This document shows, piece after piece, positions 30,944-40,651 of a stretch of DNA of 64,000 nucleotides. The DNA is from an uncultured Planctomycetia bacterium (GTDB lineage Bacteria; Omnitrophota; Gorgyraeia; 1-14-0-20-64-10), in assembly GCA_964597545.1 (NCBI GenBank), contig CAZQXN010000001.1, forward strand, positions 5,655 to 69,654, in the 5' to 3' direction. How positions within the stretch are numbered: position 1 is the first letter of the stretch; each line of letters begins with the position of its first letter. Both the position numbers and the translations under genes were made by a program. The notes beneath the pieces were generated by a model. The model worked only from the letters and a program-made list of their open reading frames with translations, made no database searches and had not been told where the DNA came from.

Positions 30944-31416
30944 CAGACCCCCCGATCCCGGATCGCATCTGGATCCCATTCTTTATAGTCGCGCCTTAAG
31001 GGATAGACCCCCTCCGGCCATTCATCCGGCAGGAGCAGGCGCTTCAAGTTCGGATGCCCTTTAAAGCGGATCCCTAAGAGCTCATGGATCTCCCGCTCAA
31101 TCCAGTTGGCCGCCGCAAAGGTATGGGCCAAGGAATCCACCTCCAGATTCCTCTTGGACAGGGTAACGCGCAGCGAGATCAGCAGATTGATCCCCTCCAA
31201 GGTGAAGTGATAGAGAATCTCCATGTGGCTGCGGCAATCCACACCGGAGGCAATGTTAAAACGGGCTCCAAGGGTCTTGAAGATGTAGGTGGCCACAGAA
31301 ACCAGCGCTCCGGACTTGATGTCCAGATAGAGTCGCTTTGAGGATTTCTCGGTGGCCCCGGTGATCTCCGCGGCAAAGCGAGTTTTAAGATCGTTAATAA
31401 TGATTTCTCTCTGCAT
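30943..31416 (-). CDS. NuoC-like hydrogenase subunit
   Basis: A.WIEREIHELLGIRFKGHP, PLRRD. Confidence 0.9.
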   Translation of the reverse strand: MQREIIINDLKTRFAAEITGATEKSSKRLYLDIKSGALVSVATYIFKTLGARFNIASGVDCRSHMEILYHFTLEGINLLISLRVTLSKRNLEVDSLAHTFAAANWIEREIHELLGIRFKGHPNLKRLLLPDEWPEGVYPLRRDYKEWDPDAIRDRGV

Positions 31417-31426
31417 GACCTTCAGG

Positions 31427-31876
31427 TTACCCTTCTTGCTTCTGGGGTTTCTTCAACTGTTCCTGGATCTTGCCGATGAGCTTGACTGCCCCGGCAATGA
31501 TCGCCTCAGGCTTGGGCGGGCAGCCCGGGATGTAAGCATCCACCGGGATGACCTTGTCCAGCGGCACGGGGCAATTGTAGCTTTGAATGAACAGCCCTCG
31601 GGACAAGGAACACTCGCCGATGGCAACCACCAGGCACGGTTTGGGTACCTGGTCATAGAGGGCCTTGACCCGATGCATGGACTTTCGGTTGCAGGAACCG
31701 GTCACCAACAGCACATCGGCATGCTTGATGCTTCCGGCCAGCAACATTCCAAAGCGCTCCACGTCAAAGCGCGGAGTCAGACAATCTAAGATCTCAATGT
31801 CGCAGTTGTTGCAGCTGCCGGTCGAGAGGTGAAAAACCCACGGCGATTGTGTGAGGGCCTTAAGCTTCACACTCAT
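31427..31876 (-). CDS. Hydrogenase small subunit (NuoB-like)
   Basis: GSCNNCDIE, DVERFG, ADVLLVTG, GEC, PGCPPKPE. Confidence 0.93.
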   Translation of the reverse strand: MSVKLKALTQSPWVFHLSTGSCNNCDIEILDCLTPRFDVERFGMLLAGSIKHADVLLVTGSCNRKSMHRVKALYDQVPKPCLVVAIGECSLSRGLFIQSYNCPVPLDKVIPVDAYIPGCPPKPEAIIAGAVKLIGKIQEQLKKPQKQEG

Positions 31877-31878
31877 CT

Positions 31879-32793
31879 CTACCTCCCCACCCAGGCCAGC
31901 ACCACGGCCACCACGGCGAGTCCTGTCATCGGTCCCCAGAAGAATCGGACGGCTTGATCAATCCGCACCCTCGGGTTGGTATTGCGGATCACCGTGATCA
32001 GGGCCACTAAGCCTACGACCTTCAGGATCCCCACAAGGGGATTGGAACCGAGGCCGCCCAAAAAGAGGAGCGTCAGCAGCAAGGGCAACACAAACAAGAG
32101 CATGTTCTTAGTCAGTCGATAAATGGCAAGCCCGGGCCCAGAGTAGTCGATGATCAGTCCCCCTGCAATTTCAGTCTCGGCCTCAGGGGCGTCAAAGGGG
32201 ACCAGGGCGAGTTTCGCCTGAATGCACAGGAGGGCCACGATCAGCGCCAGCGTTCCAGAGAGAGAGCCGGCCACCAACCCTTGGGCCTGCTGTGCCGCCA
32301 CAATGTCGCTTAAGCGGATGGAAAACCCCGATTGCATGATCGGAACCAACAGGGCCAGCACAAAGGGCAGCTCGTAGCTTAAGACCAGCTTCATCTCCCG
32401 GGAAGCCCCCAGGCTTGCATAGGGATTTCCTGAGGCAAAACCGCCCAGGATGAGGCTGATGGAGGGTATGGCCAGCAGGTAAACCACCACGATCAGATCC
32501 CCCACAAATCCCTCCGAAGGGGCCAAGATGTTGACCCAGAGCATGCTCGCCACCAAGATGGTGCTCGCCAATCCCAGTACAGGGGCCAAGAGAAAGATCC
32601 CCCGGGAGGCAGTCTCTGGGATCAAGGTTTCCTTGCCCAAGAGCTTCACCAGATCGATCAAGGGCTGGAGCAGCGGGGGTCCTACGCGATACTGCACCCG
32701 GGCGGTGACCTTTCGGTCCACCCAGCTAAAAACCAGCCCCAATACGGCTGTCGCGAGGAACCCGAACCCTAAGACAGTGACCGCCAGGTTCAT
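31879..32793 (-). CDS. NuoH/HycD-like membrane subunit
   Basis: DRKVTARVQYRVGPP, PFDAPEAETEI, NPRVRIDQ. Confidence 0.92.
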   Translation of the reverse strand: MNLAVTVLGFGFLATAVLGLVFSWVDRKVTARVQYRVGPPLLQPLIDLVKLLGKETLIPETASRGIFLLAPVLGLASTILVASMLWVNILAPSEGFVGDLIVVVYLLAIPSISLILGGFASGNPYASLGASREMKLVLSYELPFVLALLVPIMQSGFSIRLSDIVAAQQAQGLVAGSLSGTLALIVALLCIQAKLALVPFDAPEAETEIAGGLIIDYSGPGLAIYRLTKNMLLFVLPLLLTLLFLGGLGSNPLVGILKVVGLVALITVIRNTNPRVRIDQAVRFFWGPMTGLAVVAVVLAWVGR

Positions 32794-33347
32794 GCCTTGC
32801 TCCGATCCCAGTGGGTGGAATGCACGATCAAGTGGTCTCCAACCAAGAAGGTGTTCTCATCCAGTTTTTTGTCGCCCCGCTCCAGGCGCAGGGCGCCCTC
32901 GGGGCAGCTCTTCACGCACAGGGGCTCTCCGGCCTTCTCCTGGCGGTCCAAGCAATAATCGCAGTTGTGTGTCAGCTGCGGAAGATTCTCAGGGTAAATG
33001 GTCCCATAGGGACAAGCCACCGAACAGGATTTGCAGCTGACACAGCGCATGGCGTGGCGAACCAAGAGCTTGCCTTTATCCTTCTGCTGCTCCAGCGCCT
33101 CCGCCGGACAAGCGTTAACGCAGTGGGGCTCCTCGCAGCGCCGGCACACCAAAGCATAGGTCGCCAGCTCCGCCACCGAGAAAACACCGTTGTTGTCCGG
33201 ATGATAGAAGTAGCTGCACTGAATCTTGCACCCGCTGCACTCGCCGGTGGGGCAGCGATCCAGATCAACGAAGAGTCTCAGATCCCCTCCCGGCTTGGGG
33301 GCTGGGTTCAATTTTTCCTGGTGCAGTTCTTCAGCGCTTGTTCCCAT
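32790..33347 (-). CDS. 4Fe-4S dicluster electron-transfer subunit (HycB/DmsB-like)
   Basis: CRRCEEPHCVNACP, CVSCKSCSVACP, CDYC, CVKSCP. Confidence 0.87.
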   Translation of the reverse strand: MGTSAEELHQEKLNPAPKPGGDLRLFVDLDRCPTGECSGCKIQCSYFYHPDNNGVFSVAELATYALVCRRCEEPHCVNACPAEALEQQKDKGKLLVRHAMRCVSCKSCSVACPYGTIYPENLPQLTHNCDYCLDRQEKAGEPLCVKSCPEGALRLERGDKKLDENTFLVGDHLIVHSTHWDRSKA

Positions 33348-33357
33348 GTGGCGTTCC

Positions 33358-34179
33358 CTAGTCCCAAATCTCAGGTAAATGTTGGATCTGATCGAATTGA
33401 AAGACTGGCCCGTCCTCGCAGCAGTAGAAGTTGCCCAATCGGCAATGGCCGCACTTGCCGATCCCGCACGACATGTTCTTCTCCATGGAGACGTAAAGTC
33501 GGTCAGGCCGAATGCCCATCTCAAGGAGTTTCCGGGTTGTATGCTTCATCATGACCGGCGGTCCGCAGACCACGGCGATGCCGGAGTCGAAATCCATCCT
33601 GATGTCATCTAGGATGGTTGTCACCACCCCCACCGATCCCTTCCAGCCGGGGTCTCCCACATCGACGCTGAGCTTCAGATCCAAATCCTTGCGCTTACCC
33701 CAAGTCTCCATCTCTTCCCGGTAAACCAGCTCCTTGGAGGAGCGGCATCCCCCTCGGAAGTAGAGCCGGCGCAGCTGGCCGCTCATGGCAAAGAACTCAT
33801 ACATGAGGCTGCGCAGGGGGGCAAATCCACACCCTCCGCCGACCACCAACACCTCTTGATCTTTGAACTTGTCTAAGGGGTAGGCCGATCCCAGGGGGCC
33901 ACGCAGCCCCACGGTCTCGCCGACTTTAAGCTTGTGGACACGCTCGGTCACCTTGCCCACCTTCATGATGGTCAGCTGAATCAGATCCTTCTCAGCCGGA
34001 GGCGAGGAAGGGGTAAAGGGAGCCTCCCCTACACCCGGGATGGTCAGCGCCACAAACTGCCCAGCGGCAAAAGAGATCGGGCGGCTGGGACGCAGTTTGA
34101 TGGTCCGGATGGTGGGGGTCTCTTGGGTTGTCTCCACCACCTGGGTCTCAATTAAGCTATACGGATTGGCAGAGTTCAT
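33358..34179 (-). CDS. FAD/NAD(P)-binding 2Fe-2S subunit (sulfhydrogenase gamma / AsrB-like)
   Basis: GQF, GEAP, RGPLG, GGGCG.APLRS, CGPPVM, CGIGKCGHC..C.DGPVF. Confidence 0.9.
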   Translation of the reverse strand: MNSANPYSLIETQVVETTQETPTIRTIKLRPSRPISFAAGQFVALTIPGVGEAPFTPSSPPAEKDLIQLTIMKVGKVTERVHKLKVGETVGLRGPLGSAYPLDKFKDQEVLVVGGGCGFAPLRSLMYEFFAMSGQLRRLYFRGGCRSSKELVYREEMETWGKRKDLDLKLSVDVGDPGWKGSVGVVTTILDDIRMDFDSGIAVVCGPPVMMKHTTRKLLEMGIRPDRLYVSMEKNMSCGIGKCGHCRLGNFYCCEDGPVFQFDQIQHLPEIWD

Positions 34180-35233
34180 CTTTGCCGATGAGCCTCCTTA
34201 AGACCTTGCGAATATCAATCTTGGCCGGACAGGCCGTGATGCACCGGCCGCAGCCGGTACAGGCCGTCACCCCGGACACCTTGGGGAAAAAGTCGAATTT
34301 CTTCTCAAAGCGGTTGCGCAGCCGGGAAGCCAGCTCAGGCCTCGGGTTTCCCCCGCCGGCCACCCGGGCATAATCTTTGAGCATGCAGGAATCCCAAGCC
34401 CGCATCCGGGCCATTTGGCTTTGCGAGAGTTGGTCATATATAAGGAAGCAATGGCAGGTGGGGCAAATGGCGGTGCAGGCTGCGCACTCGACACAGGTTT
34501 GGGCCTCATCCTTCCAGAGGAGAGCATCGTACTGGCGCTCAATGGTCCCTTTGAGTGTCCCTTCGGAAGGAACCTGAAACTGGGCCAGATTCTCCTGGAC
34601 ACTCTCGGTCACGCCGGCCCGCTGCCGGTCTCGCGCTTGGATGTGCCCCTCATTTGCCCGCTCGAACAGATCTGCATGGGTCTGAGTAAGGGCCTGCCCT
34701 TTTTCAGAGCCCACGGCGACCAAGAACTGGCCCTGAAGCTCAGAGAGATTGAGGTCAAAATCACCCTCAGGGTTCGGTCGAATGCCCATGGCCAAACAGA
34801 AGCAGGTCTCAATCGCACAGGTGCAGTCGGCGCTCACAATAAGGCTTTTTTCGCGCAGGTCAACGTACAGGGGGTCGGGGCGGTTGTTGTTTCGAAAGAC
34901 GAAATCCTGGATCCGGAAGCCCTTGAGGTCGCAGGCCTTCACCCCTACGATGGCAACCGGTTTTTCTTGGGTCCCAGGCGGCTCTGCTGAGAACCCTTGG
35001 GCCACACACTCCCGTGCCGGTGAGAAAAAGCTTTTTAAGGGCTCAAAGGGGCGAACCTCGCCAATGACCATCTCTTCGGCCGGTATCGGAAAGCGGGCAT
35101 AACAGCGCTGATCTTGGCGTCGGGTGGGAAGATAAACGTTGTAGGAACCGGACAGGCGGGTGAGCAGCTCGACCAGCTTTTCCTGCGAGAGAAGAAGAGG
35201 GTGGTTATCTGTCTGGTTTTGTCCGAAATCCAT
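34157..35233 (-). CDS. 4Fe-4S subunit (sulfhydrogenase beta / AsrA-like)
   Basis: GVKACD, CFC, CVECAACTAICPTCHCF, R.WDSC, CTGCGRCITACP. Confidence 0.9.
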   Translation of the reverse strand: MDFGQNQTDNHPLLLSQEKLVELLTRLSGSYNVYLPTRRQDQRCYARFPIPAEEMVIGEVRPFEPLKSFFSPARECVAQGFSAEPPGTQEKPVAIVGVKACDLKGFRIQDFVFRNNNRPDPLYVDLREKSLIVSADCTCAIETCFCLAMGIRPNPEGDFDLNLSELQGQFLVAVGSEKGQALTQTHADLFERANEGHIQARDRQRAGVTESVQENLAQFQVPSEGTLKGTIERQYDALLWKDEAQTCVECAACTAICPTCHCFLIYDQLSQSQMARMRAWDSCMLKDYARVAGGGNPRPELASRLRNRFEKKFDFFPKVSGVTACTGCGRCITACPAKIDIRKVLRRLIGKDELCQSV

Positions 35234-35291
35234 GTTACAAGAGGAGAAAGGTAACGACGAAAATGTCTGCTGCGTGCTGCCTTAGGTCAGG

Positions 35292-35323
35292 TAGATCATA
35301 TATGATCTATATCATAGAAGCAA
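35292..35323 (-). promoter_or_regulatory. Hydrogenase operon promoter overlapped by an 18-bp perfect palindrome
   Basis: TTGCTT-N17-TATGAT (35323-35295); palindrome TAGATCATATATGATCTA at 35292-35309. Confidence 0.6.
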
Positions 35324-35351
35324 GCAAGAAAAAGACAGCCCTCCAACCCGA

Positions 35352-36635
35352 TTAAGAGGACACAGCTTGAGTTTCTGTTACCTTCCGCTGGGACCTCTCG
35401 CGGGTGCGGGAGCGGGTGGTGGCTGGATGGTGAGCTTTGAGGGCCTGCTCGTAGACACCCAGGGTGTGATCGGTCACGTCCTGAATTTTGTAATGCTGCT
35501 CCACCATCTGGCGCCCGGTGTATCCCAAGCGCTTTCGCAACCGGTCATTGTGCAGCAGTTCGGTGGTCCGCCACGCCAGCGCCTCAAAATCACGCACCGG
35601 GATCACAAAACCGTTGATGCCATCCTTGACGATCTCCGGCATCCCGCCCATCTCGGTCACAATCATCGGTCGTTCGGTCGCGAGCGCTTCCAGCATGGTC
35701 AACCCAAAGGGCTCCCCCACAGAGGAGGGATAAAGGCAGACCTCAGAGAGGCGGTAGAGCTCCGGCATCAGATCCAGCGGGAACGCATCGATCAGCACAT
35801 GTTTGCGCAGCTTGAAGAACTCCACCAAGTCCACCATGTAGGCAATTTCCTTCTGCTGGGTCGAGACCCAGTCGATGATATTCTTGGTGCCGGCCAAAAC
35901 CAGCATGATGTCTGGAATGCGCTCGCGCATGAGGTTGAGCGCCTTGATGCTGACGTCGCACCCCTTGGCCAAACCCATTCGGGCCGGATGGAAGATAACA
36001 CGCTTTCCTTTAAGCTGCGGATAAGCGGCCAGTGCCTTTGCGGTGGAGCCTTGGGCCGAGAAATCCTGATGGTCTACCCCATGATGGACGACGGTGATCT
36101 TGCGGTCGTCCACGCCGACTCCGATCATCTCCTTCTTGATGAAATGACTGACCGCGATGATCTGATCCCATTGGGTCTTCCGAATCAAATCGGTATAGAG
36201 GTTATCATCCCAAGTGTTGTGTGCGGTCAGGATCAGGGGGATTTTCCTTGCGCGAGCCTTGCGCTCCAGAATCTGAGTATGCAGCTTGCTGAAGTAATGC
36301 ATGTTGTGGGTATGGATGACATCCGGCTGGGTCTCCTTGAGAAACTTGGAGAGCACTCCGTCCACTTCGGCCTCGAGCCCATTCATGCCCCGTTTTTGGA
36401 GCCAGCTTAAGTCCATGATCGGTTCGCGGACAATAGAGGCCCCCTGGTACATCTCCCGGGCCGGCGCTCCCTCCACCGCTCCGGTTAATAGGGTGACCTG
36501 GTGCCCCATGGCCGCCAAGGCCGGCAGCACCATGGTCAGGTGGGTTTCCACCCCTCCGATGATGGGGGGGAAGCCCCAGTGCAAATGAACGATCCGGAGC
36601 TTTCTTGAAGAAAACGAGCTCTGCATTTTAATCAC
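35352..36635 (-). CDS. Glycosyltransferase family 4
   Basis: PPIIGGVE, H.HN, PARMGLAKG, EPFGLTMLEA. Confidence 0.9.
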   Translation of the reverse strand: MIKMQSSFSSRKLRIVHLHWGFPPIIGGVETHLTMVLPALAAMGHQVTLLTGAVEGAPAREMYQGASIVREPIMDLSWLQKRGMNGLEAEVDGVLSKFLKETQPDVIHTHNMHYFSKLHTQILERKARARKIPLILTAHNTWDDNLYTDLIRKTQWDQIIAVSHFIKKEMIGVGVDDRKITVVHHGVDHQDFSAQGSTAKALAAYPQLKGKRVIFHPARMGLAKGCDVSIKALNLMRERIPDIMLVLAGTKNIIDWVSTQQKEIAYMVDLVEFFKLRKHVLIDAFPLDLMPELYRLSEVCLYPSSVGEPFGLTMLEALATERPMIVTEMGGMPEIVKDGINGFVIPVRDFEALAWRTTELLHNDRLRKRLGYTGRQMVEQHYKIQDVTDHTLGVYEQALKAHHPATTRSRTRERSQRKVTETQAVSS

Positions 36636-38947
36636 CTGCCTTTAGAAGTTGCTTTTAATGGAAGGCGCAAGGAACTGTTGGCGCGCAGCGTGTAGCGCTT
36701 GCCCCCCACCTTCACAGGAACCCGAAGCTTGCTCTGCTTGGGGGTCAGTTGGATTTGAAGCGTGTTCTTCTTAATTTGAAATTCCAGCTGGGTGCCGCGC
36801 CAATAGAGTGAGAAGGAGAGCGCCTGCCAGGGCTTGGGCAGATGGGGATTCACCTCCAGCCCCTCCCGGAGGATGCGAACCCCCCCGAAACCATTGACCA
36901 CCGCCTGCCAGACCCCGCCCAAAGAGGCGCCATGGATGCCGGCGTGGGTATTGTCGTAGTGATTCTTGAGATCTGCATTGAGCGCAATCAAAAAGTATTT
37001 GTAGGCCCGTTCATGGTCTCCCACCTCGCTGCCGATGGCTGCATGCACCGGAAGGCTCAAAGAGGATTTGTGGAGCGTTCGGCGAAGGTAATAGTCGTAG
37101 TTGGCCTTCTTGGCTCGCTGGCTGAAGGCGGAGTTGAGCACATGCGTCAGCATCACCACATCGGCCTGCTTGATAAATTGGGTCTTGCCCACCTGGCTTA
37201 AATCCAATCCCACCGGGATTCCGGGAAGCCCGTGCTTGTTGAGCGAGGTGATCTGCACCGCTCGACGCTTGAAATAACCGCTGAACTGTTCGACCACGCC
37301 GTCCGGCCGGACGTTGATCTGCATGCGTGCGGCCACGCGTTTCCACTGCTTGACCTCATCGGCCTCGAGTTTCAACCGATGGATTAAGCTGCTCCATGCG
37401 CCTGGATGTCGGCGCTTGAGCACCCTGTAGACTGCAGCCGCCATGTGCAGGTTCCACTGCGCGAGGCAATTGGTGAAAGCGTTGTTGTTGATGTCCTCAT
37501 GAAACTCATCCGGTCCGATGACGTGGTGGATTTCGTAGGTGCGTCTTTTGCGGTCGTAGCGCACGCGGCTGGCCCAAAAGCGAGCAGTTTCCAACATGAT
37601 CTCGTAGCCATGCCGCAGCATGAACTCCTCATCGCCGGTAACGGTCGCATAGTAATACGCGGCATAGGCCACATCGGCAACGATGTGATGCTCAAATTCG
37701 CCAGTCCGCACCGGGATAATCCGCCCATCAAAGTCCTTGGCCCAGCTCGGGGTGGTCTCTTCGCCGGTATCTGCCGACTCCCAAGGAAACCGTGCCCCCT
37801 TAAAACCGGTCTCCTTGGCATAGCGGCGCGCTGCATCCAAACGATAATAACGGTACAGCAGCATGTTGCGGGCTGCTGTCGGCTGGGTGAGGATGTAGAA
37901 GGGCATCAAGAAAAGCTCGGTGTCCCAGAAGATATGGCCCCGATACCCCTCGCCGCTTAAGGTCTTGGCCCCCACACTGGCCTCCCCCTCCATTTCCGGG
38001 GCGCAGATCATCAAGTGATAGAGGGTAAAGCGGATCCCCTTCTGTGCTTCAGGGTCTCCCGAGATCTGGATGTCTGCGGTGTCCCACAAGCGATGCATGG
38101 CGCGCTGGTGACGCTTGAGCAGGGTATCAAACCCGCGCTGTGCCGCTTGAGTCAACAATGCAGTGGTTTTGCGCTCGGTCACACCCAGGCGAACATCCCG
38201 AACAGCCTGGAGACACACCAGCTTGGTAAAACGCGCGGTTTGACCCTTTTTAAGCTTGAGCAGCAACGTTTGTTCAGCGGTCGTTATATTCTTGCGGCCA
38301 ATCTCAACACCCAGCTGGGAGGCGTAAGCAATGAGGGCCTTGCCCTCCAAGGTCTTGACGCAGAGGTAGCGCATCTGGTCGGTTTCAAAGACCTGCGCCA
38401 ATTGAAAGTGCCGCTTGTTCCCCTCAGTCAGAACTCCACTGTTGGAAACAGAGTCGTCGATTCCACCCTTAACCGTAATCTCTGCGGCATGATCCAGCGG
38501 GGTGAAGCTTACCCGCATGCCGATGACCTGCTTGTCCGCCATGCTGATAAACCGCACCGATTGGTAATCGTACCTGCGCTTGTGGCGATCCTGGTAAACC
38601 GTGCGCCGAACCACCAACCCGTTTCTAAGATCCAACCAGCGCTTATGGCTGACAACCTTCATGGCCACCACGCCCACCTTCTCTCCTCCCACCATAAAAT
38701 TAAACTGCAGCGGGTTGGGGAGGTTGACCAATTCAGGCTCCTGGGCGGTTATTCGGTCGTAGAGCCCTGCGATATAGGTTCCGGGGCGCGCATCGTAGGG
38801 AAGCTCTTCAAGGATGCCGCGAACCCCCAGGATGCCATTGCCCTGAGCAAAGAGGGTCTCCTGTATCCCTTGGCGCTGCTTGTCCCATTGCTCTTCGGTG
38901 ATCAGCCAAGGGTTGCCGGAAAGATAATGGGTACAGCCGTTTGTCAT
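36632..38947 (-). CDS. GH65 disaccharide phosphorylase (trehalose/kojibiose/maltose type)
   Basis: GEGYRGHIFWDTE, GARFPWES, GPDEFH, KQADV, H.SSLS. Confidence 0.92.
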   Translation of the reverse strand: MTNGCTHYLSGNPWLITEEQWDKQRQGIQETLFAQGNGILGVRGILEELPYDARPGTYIAGLYDRITAQEPELVNLPNPLQFNFMVGGEKVGVVAMKVVSHKRWLDLRNGLVVRRTVYQDRHKRRYDYQSVRFISMADKQVIGMRVSFTPLDHAAEITVKGGIDDSVSNSGVLTEGNKRHFQLAQVFETDQMRYLCVKTLEGKALIAYASQLGVEIGRKNITTAEQTLLLKLKKGQTARFTKLVCLQAVRDVRLGVTERKTTALLTQAAQRGFDTLLKRHQRAMHRLWDTADIQISGDPEAQKGIRFTLYHLMICAPEMEGEASVGAKTLSGEGYRGHIFWDTELFLMPFYILTQPTAARNMLLYRYYRLDAARRYAKETGFKGARFPWESADTGEETTPSWAKDFDGRIIPVRTGEFEHHIVADVAYAAYYYATVTGDEEFMLRHGYEIMLETARFWASRVRYDRKRRTYEIHHVIGPDEFHEDINNNAFTNCLAQWNLHMAAAVYRVLKRRHPGAWSSLIHRLKLEADEVKQWKRVAARMQINVRPDGVVEQFSGYFKRRAVQITSLNKHGLPGIPVGLDLSQVGKTQFIKQADVVMLTHVLNSAFSQRAKKANYDYYLRRTLHKSSLSLPVHAAIGSEVGDHERAYKYFLIALNADLKNHYDNTHAGIHGASLGGVWQAVVNGFGGVRILREGLEVNPHLPKPWQALSFSLYWRGTQLEFQIKKNTLQIQLTPKQSKLRVPVKVGGKRYTLRANSSLRLPLKATSKGR

Positions 38948-39597
38948 TGAGAAATAAGCCTCTCCAACATTGCAACATCCACTTCACTTAAATCCGCCAC
39001 CACCTGATCGGCCTGGGCAAGTCGCTGGGGCTGGCCGTATCGATCCACCCCCACACAGCGCATTTTTGCCCGCTTGGCTCCCTCCACACCCAAGACAGCA
39101 TCCTCCACAACCACAGACCCTTCTGGGCCGACACCCAAGCGCTCAGCCGCCATCAGGAAACATTGGGGATCAGGCTTACCTTTGGTGATTGCATGTCCAT
39201 CTACCACGGCGTCGAAACGATCCAACGCCCCGATCTTTGTCAAGATCGGCACGCAATTCTTGCTAGACGAGATGGCCGCCACCTTGATCCCCTTTGCCTT
39301 CAAAGCCCCTATTAAGGAAAGGGTAGATGTATACACCGGGATCGGCTGGCTCTCCAAGAATTCCAAGAAGAAAGCCTGTTTGCGGTTAGCCGCCTTTTCT
39401 AGGGCCTCGCCCGTCAAATCCGTTAAGATCGCCTTGGCACCGTCGAGGCGCGGGATCCCGTCCACCTTGGCCTTGTAATCTGCAAAGGTAAAAGCAATCC
39501 CGTACTCAGCAAACATCCGCTTCCAAGCTTCAAAATGGATCGGGACGGTGTCCACAATCACCCCATCCATATCAAAAATAACGGCTTGTAACTGCAA
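38944..39597 (-). CDS. pgmB: Beta-phosphoglucomutase (HAD IA)
   Basis: FDMDGVIVDT, SSSKN, GKPDP, EDA..G; adjacent to GH65. Confidence 0.85.
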   Translation of the reverse strand: MQLQAVIFDMDGVIVDTVPIHFEAWKRMFAEYGIAFTFADYKAKVDGIPRLDGAKAILTDLTGEALEKAANRKQAFFLEFLESQPIPVYTSTLSLIGALKAKGIKVAAISSSKNCVPILTKIGALDRFDAVVDGHAITKGKPDPQCFLMAAERLGVGPEGSVVVEDAVLGVEGAKRAKMRCVGVDRYGQPQRLAQADQVVADLSEVDVAMLERLISQ

Positions 39598-39722
39598 ATC
39601 TCCCTCCAGGGATACTGCCTTTAAAGTGCGTAGCTGTGGTGCAAGTACGCAAGGCGGGGTCGAGCTAGATAATCTATTTTACCACGCAGCCAAGCAACTT
39701 CCTACTACACTAACGCGGTTGC

Positions 39723-39908
39723 TTATCCGGAAATTGGAGCAAAGAACTTGAGGATGCCCAACAGGATGAGTACCACCCCGCCAATCCGAAGCCACTTGGC
39801 TTTTTTCTCCCCCAGCTTTTCCTTGTTGTGGGCCGAGAAGTACAGGGCGTAGGCTCCAGCGGCAATCATAATCAGCTTGTCCAGTACCGCACCGATCGCT
39901 TCAAACAT
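39723..39908 (-). CDS. Small two-TM hypothetical protein
   Basis: 61 aa, two hydrophobic helices, GAGGA RBS. Confidence 0.55.
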   Translation of the reverse strand: MFEAIGAVLDKLIMIAAGAYALYFSAHNKEKLGEKKAKWLRIGGVVLILLGILKFFAPISG

Positions 39909-39923
39909 GGCAGGGTTCTTCCT

Positions 39924-40571
39924 CTATAGCGCAGTGGTGAATCGGGTCGAGATACTTCTGATTTCGCTCACAAACCGTTGGAGTTGCGCGGGGTGCACAA
40001 GCTTGGCACCCTTACACATCACCAGCCAAGCGCCCTTGCCTTCGATCCACCAACCCGGCTGCCCCCCCAAGAACTGAACTAAGCCTAGCTGGAACAGCTC
40101 TCGAATGGCCGGCTCATCCGGACCCTCCAAGAGGTAATGCTTGGCAAAATCCTCTGAGGATTCAAAGTGTATGCCGCTTCCCTTGTCCTGCTGCGCATAT
40201 GCCTCGGTTACAGTGCGCAGCGAAAACTCAGGAGCCCGTTTCTCGGTAAAGGCAATGGCTGCCACTGTCTGGACGCAGGTACGAGTGCTGGGACCCGTGC
40301 TGCTGGTGCACTCATAATCAAAAATAACCACCATCTGCCCTTCTATGGAACCGCGCAGGACATGCTTGATGGTTTTGCGATTTCCCCAGCGCAGCAGCAG
40401 GTGCGAGAGGGCCTCATCGACAAAACTCTCGTCTTCTCCGGCAAAAGCAAGGCCAGCACGCATGGCCGCATCCGAGAGAACCACCCCGCGCCTCTTTGCC
40501 TGCATCACTCTGCTTACCAGGAAGGCGCCGATAAAACCGCCCAAGAGTGCCAAAACAAACCAAAGCTGCAT
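39924..40571 (-). CDS. Hypothetical membrane-anchored protein
   Basis: ATG at 40571 after GGAGGGAG; N-terminal TM plus soluble domain. Confidence 0.6.
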   Translation of the reverse strand: MQLWFVLALLGGFIGAFLVSRVMQAKRRGVVLSDAAMRAGLAFAGEDESFVDEALSHLLLRWGNRKTIKHVLRGSIEGQMVVIFDYECTSSTGPSTRTCVQTVAAIAFTEKRAPEFSLRTVTEAYAQQDKGSGIHFESSEDFAKHYLLEGPDEPAIRELFQLGLVQFLGGQPGWWIEGKGAWLVMCKGAKLVHPAQLQRFVSEIRSISTRFTTAL

Positions 40572-40597
40572 CGCTCTCTTACTCCCTCCTAACACCC

Positions 40598-40645
40598 GGT
40601 ACCGGGTACAGTTGTTAACAGCTGTGGATAAGTGTACCCGGTACC
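40598..40645. repeat. Inverted pair of the GTACCCGGTACC repeat
   Basis: GGTACCGGGTACA-N22-TGTACCCGGTACC just after the cusA stop. Confidence 0.7.
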
Positions 40646-40651
40646 ATGGTT

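Noticed and set aside
22700-33347. Respiratory complex I (nuo) operon
   Set aside because: The large subunit keeps both Ni-binding CxxC motifs and a cleavable tail, and protease and HypA genes are present, so it is a hydrogenase.
35367-36410. Long antisense or alternate-frame ORFs (e.g. 35367-36410, 38015-38950, 15370-16380)
   Set aside because: Shadow frames of well-supported genes in GC-rich DNA, with no recognisable motifs.
40623-40631. Perfect DnaA box (TTATCCACA, minus strand) as a replication origin
   Set aside because: Single box, no box cluster, no AT-rich unwinding element and no dnaA/dnaN context.
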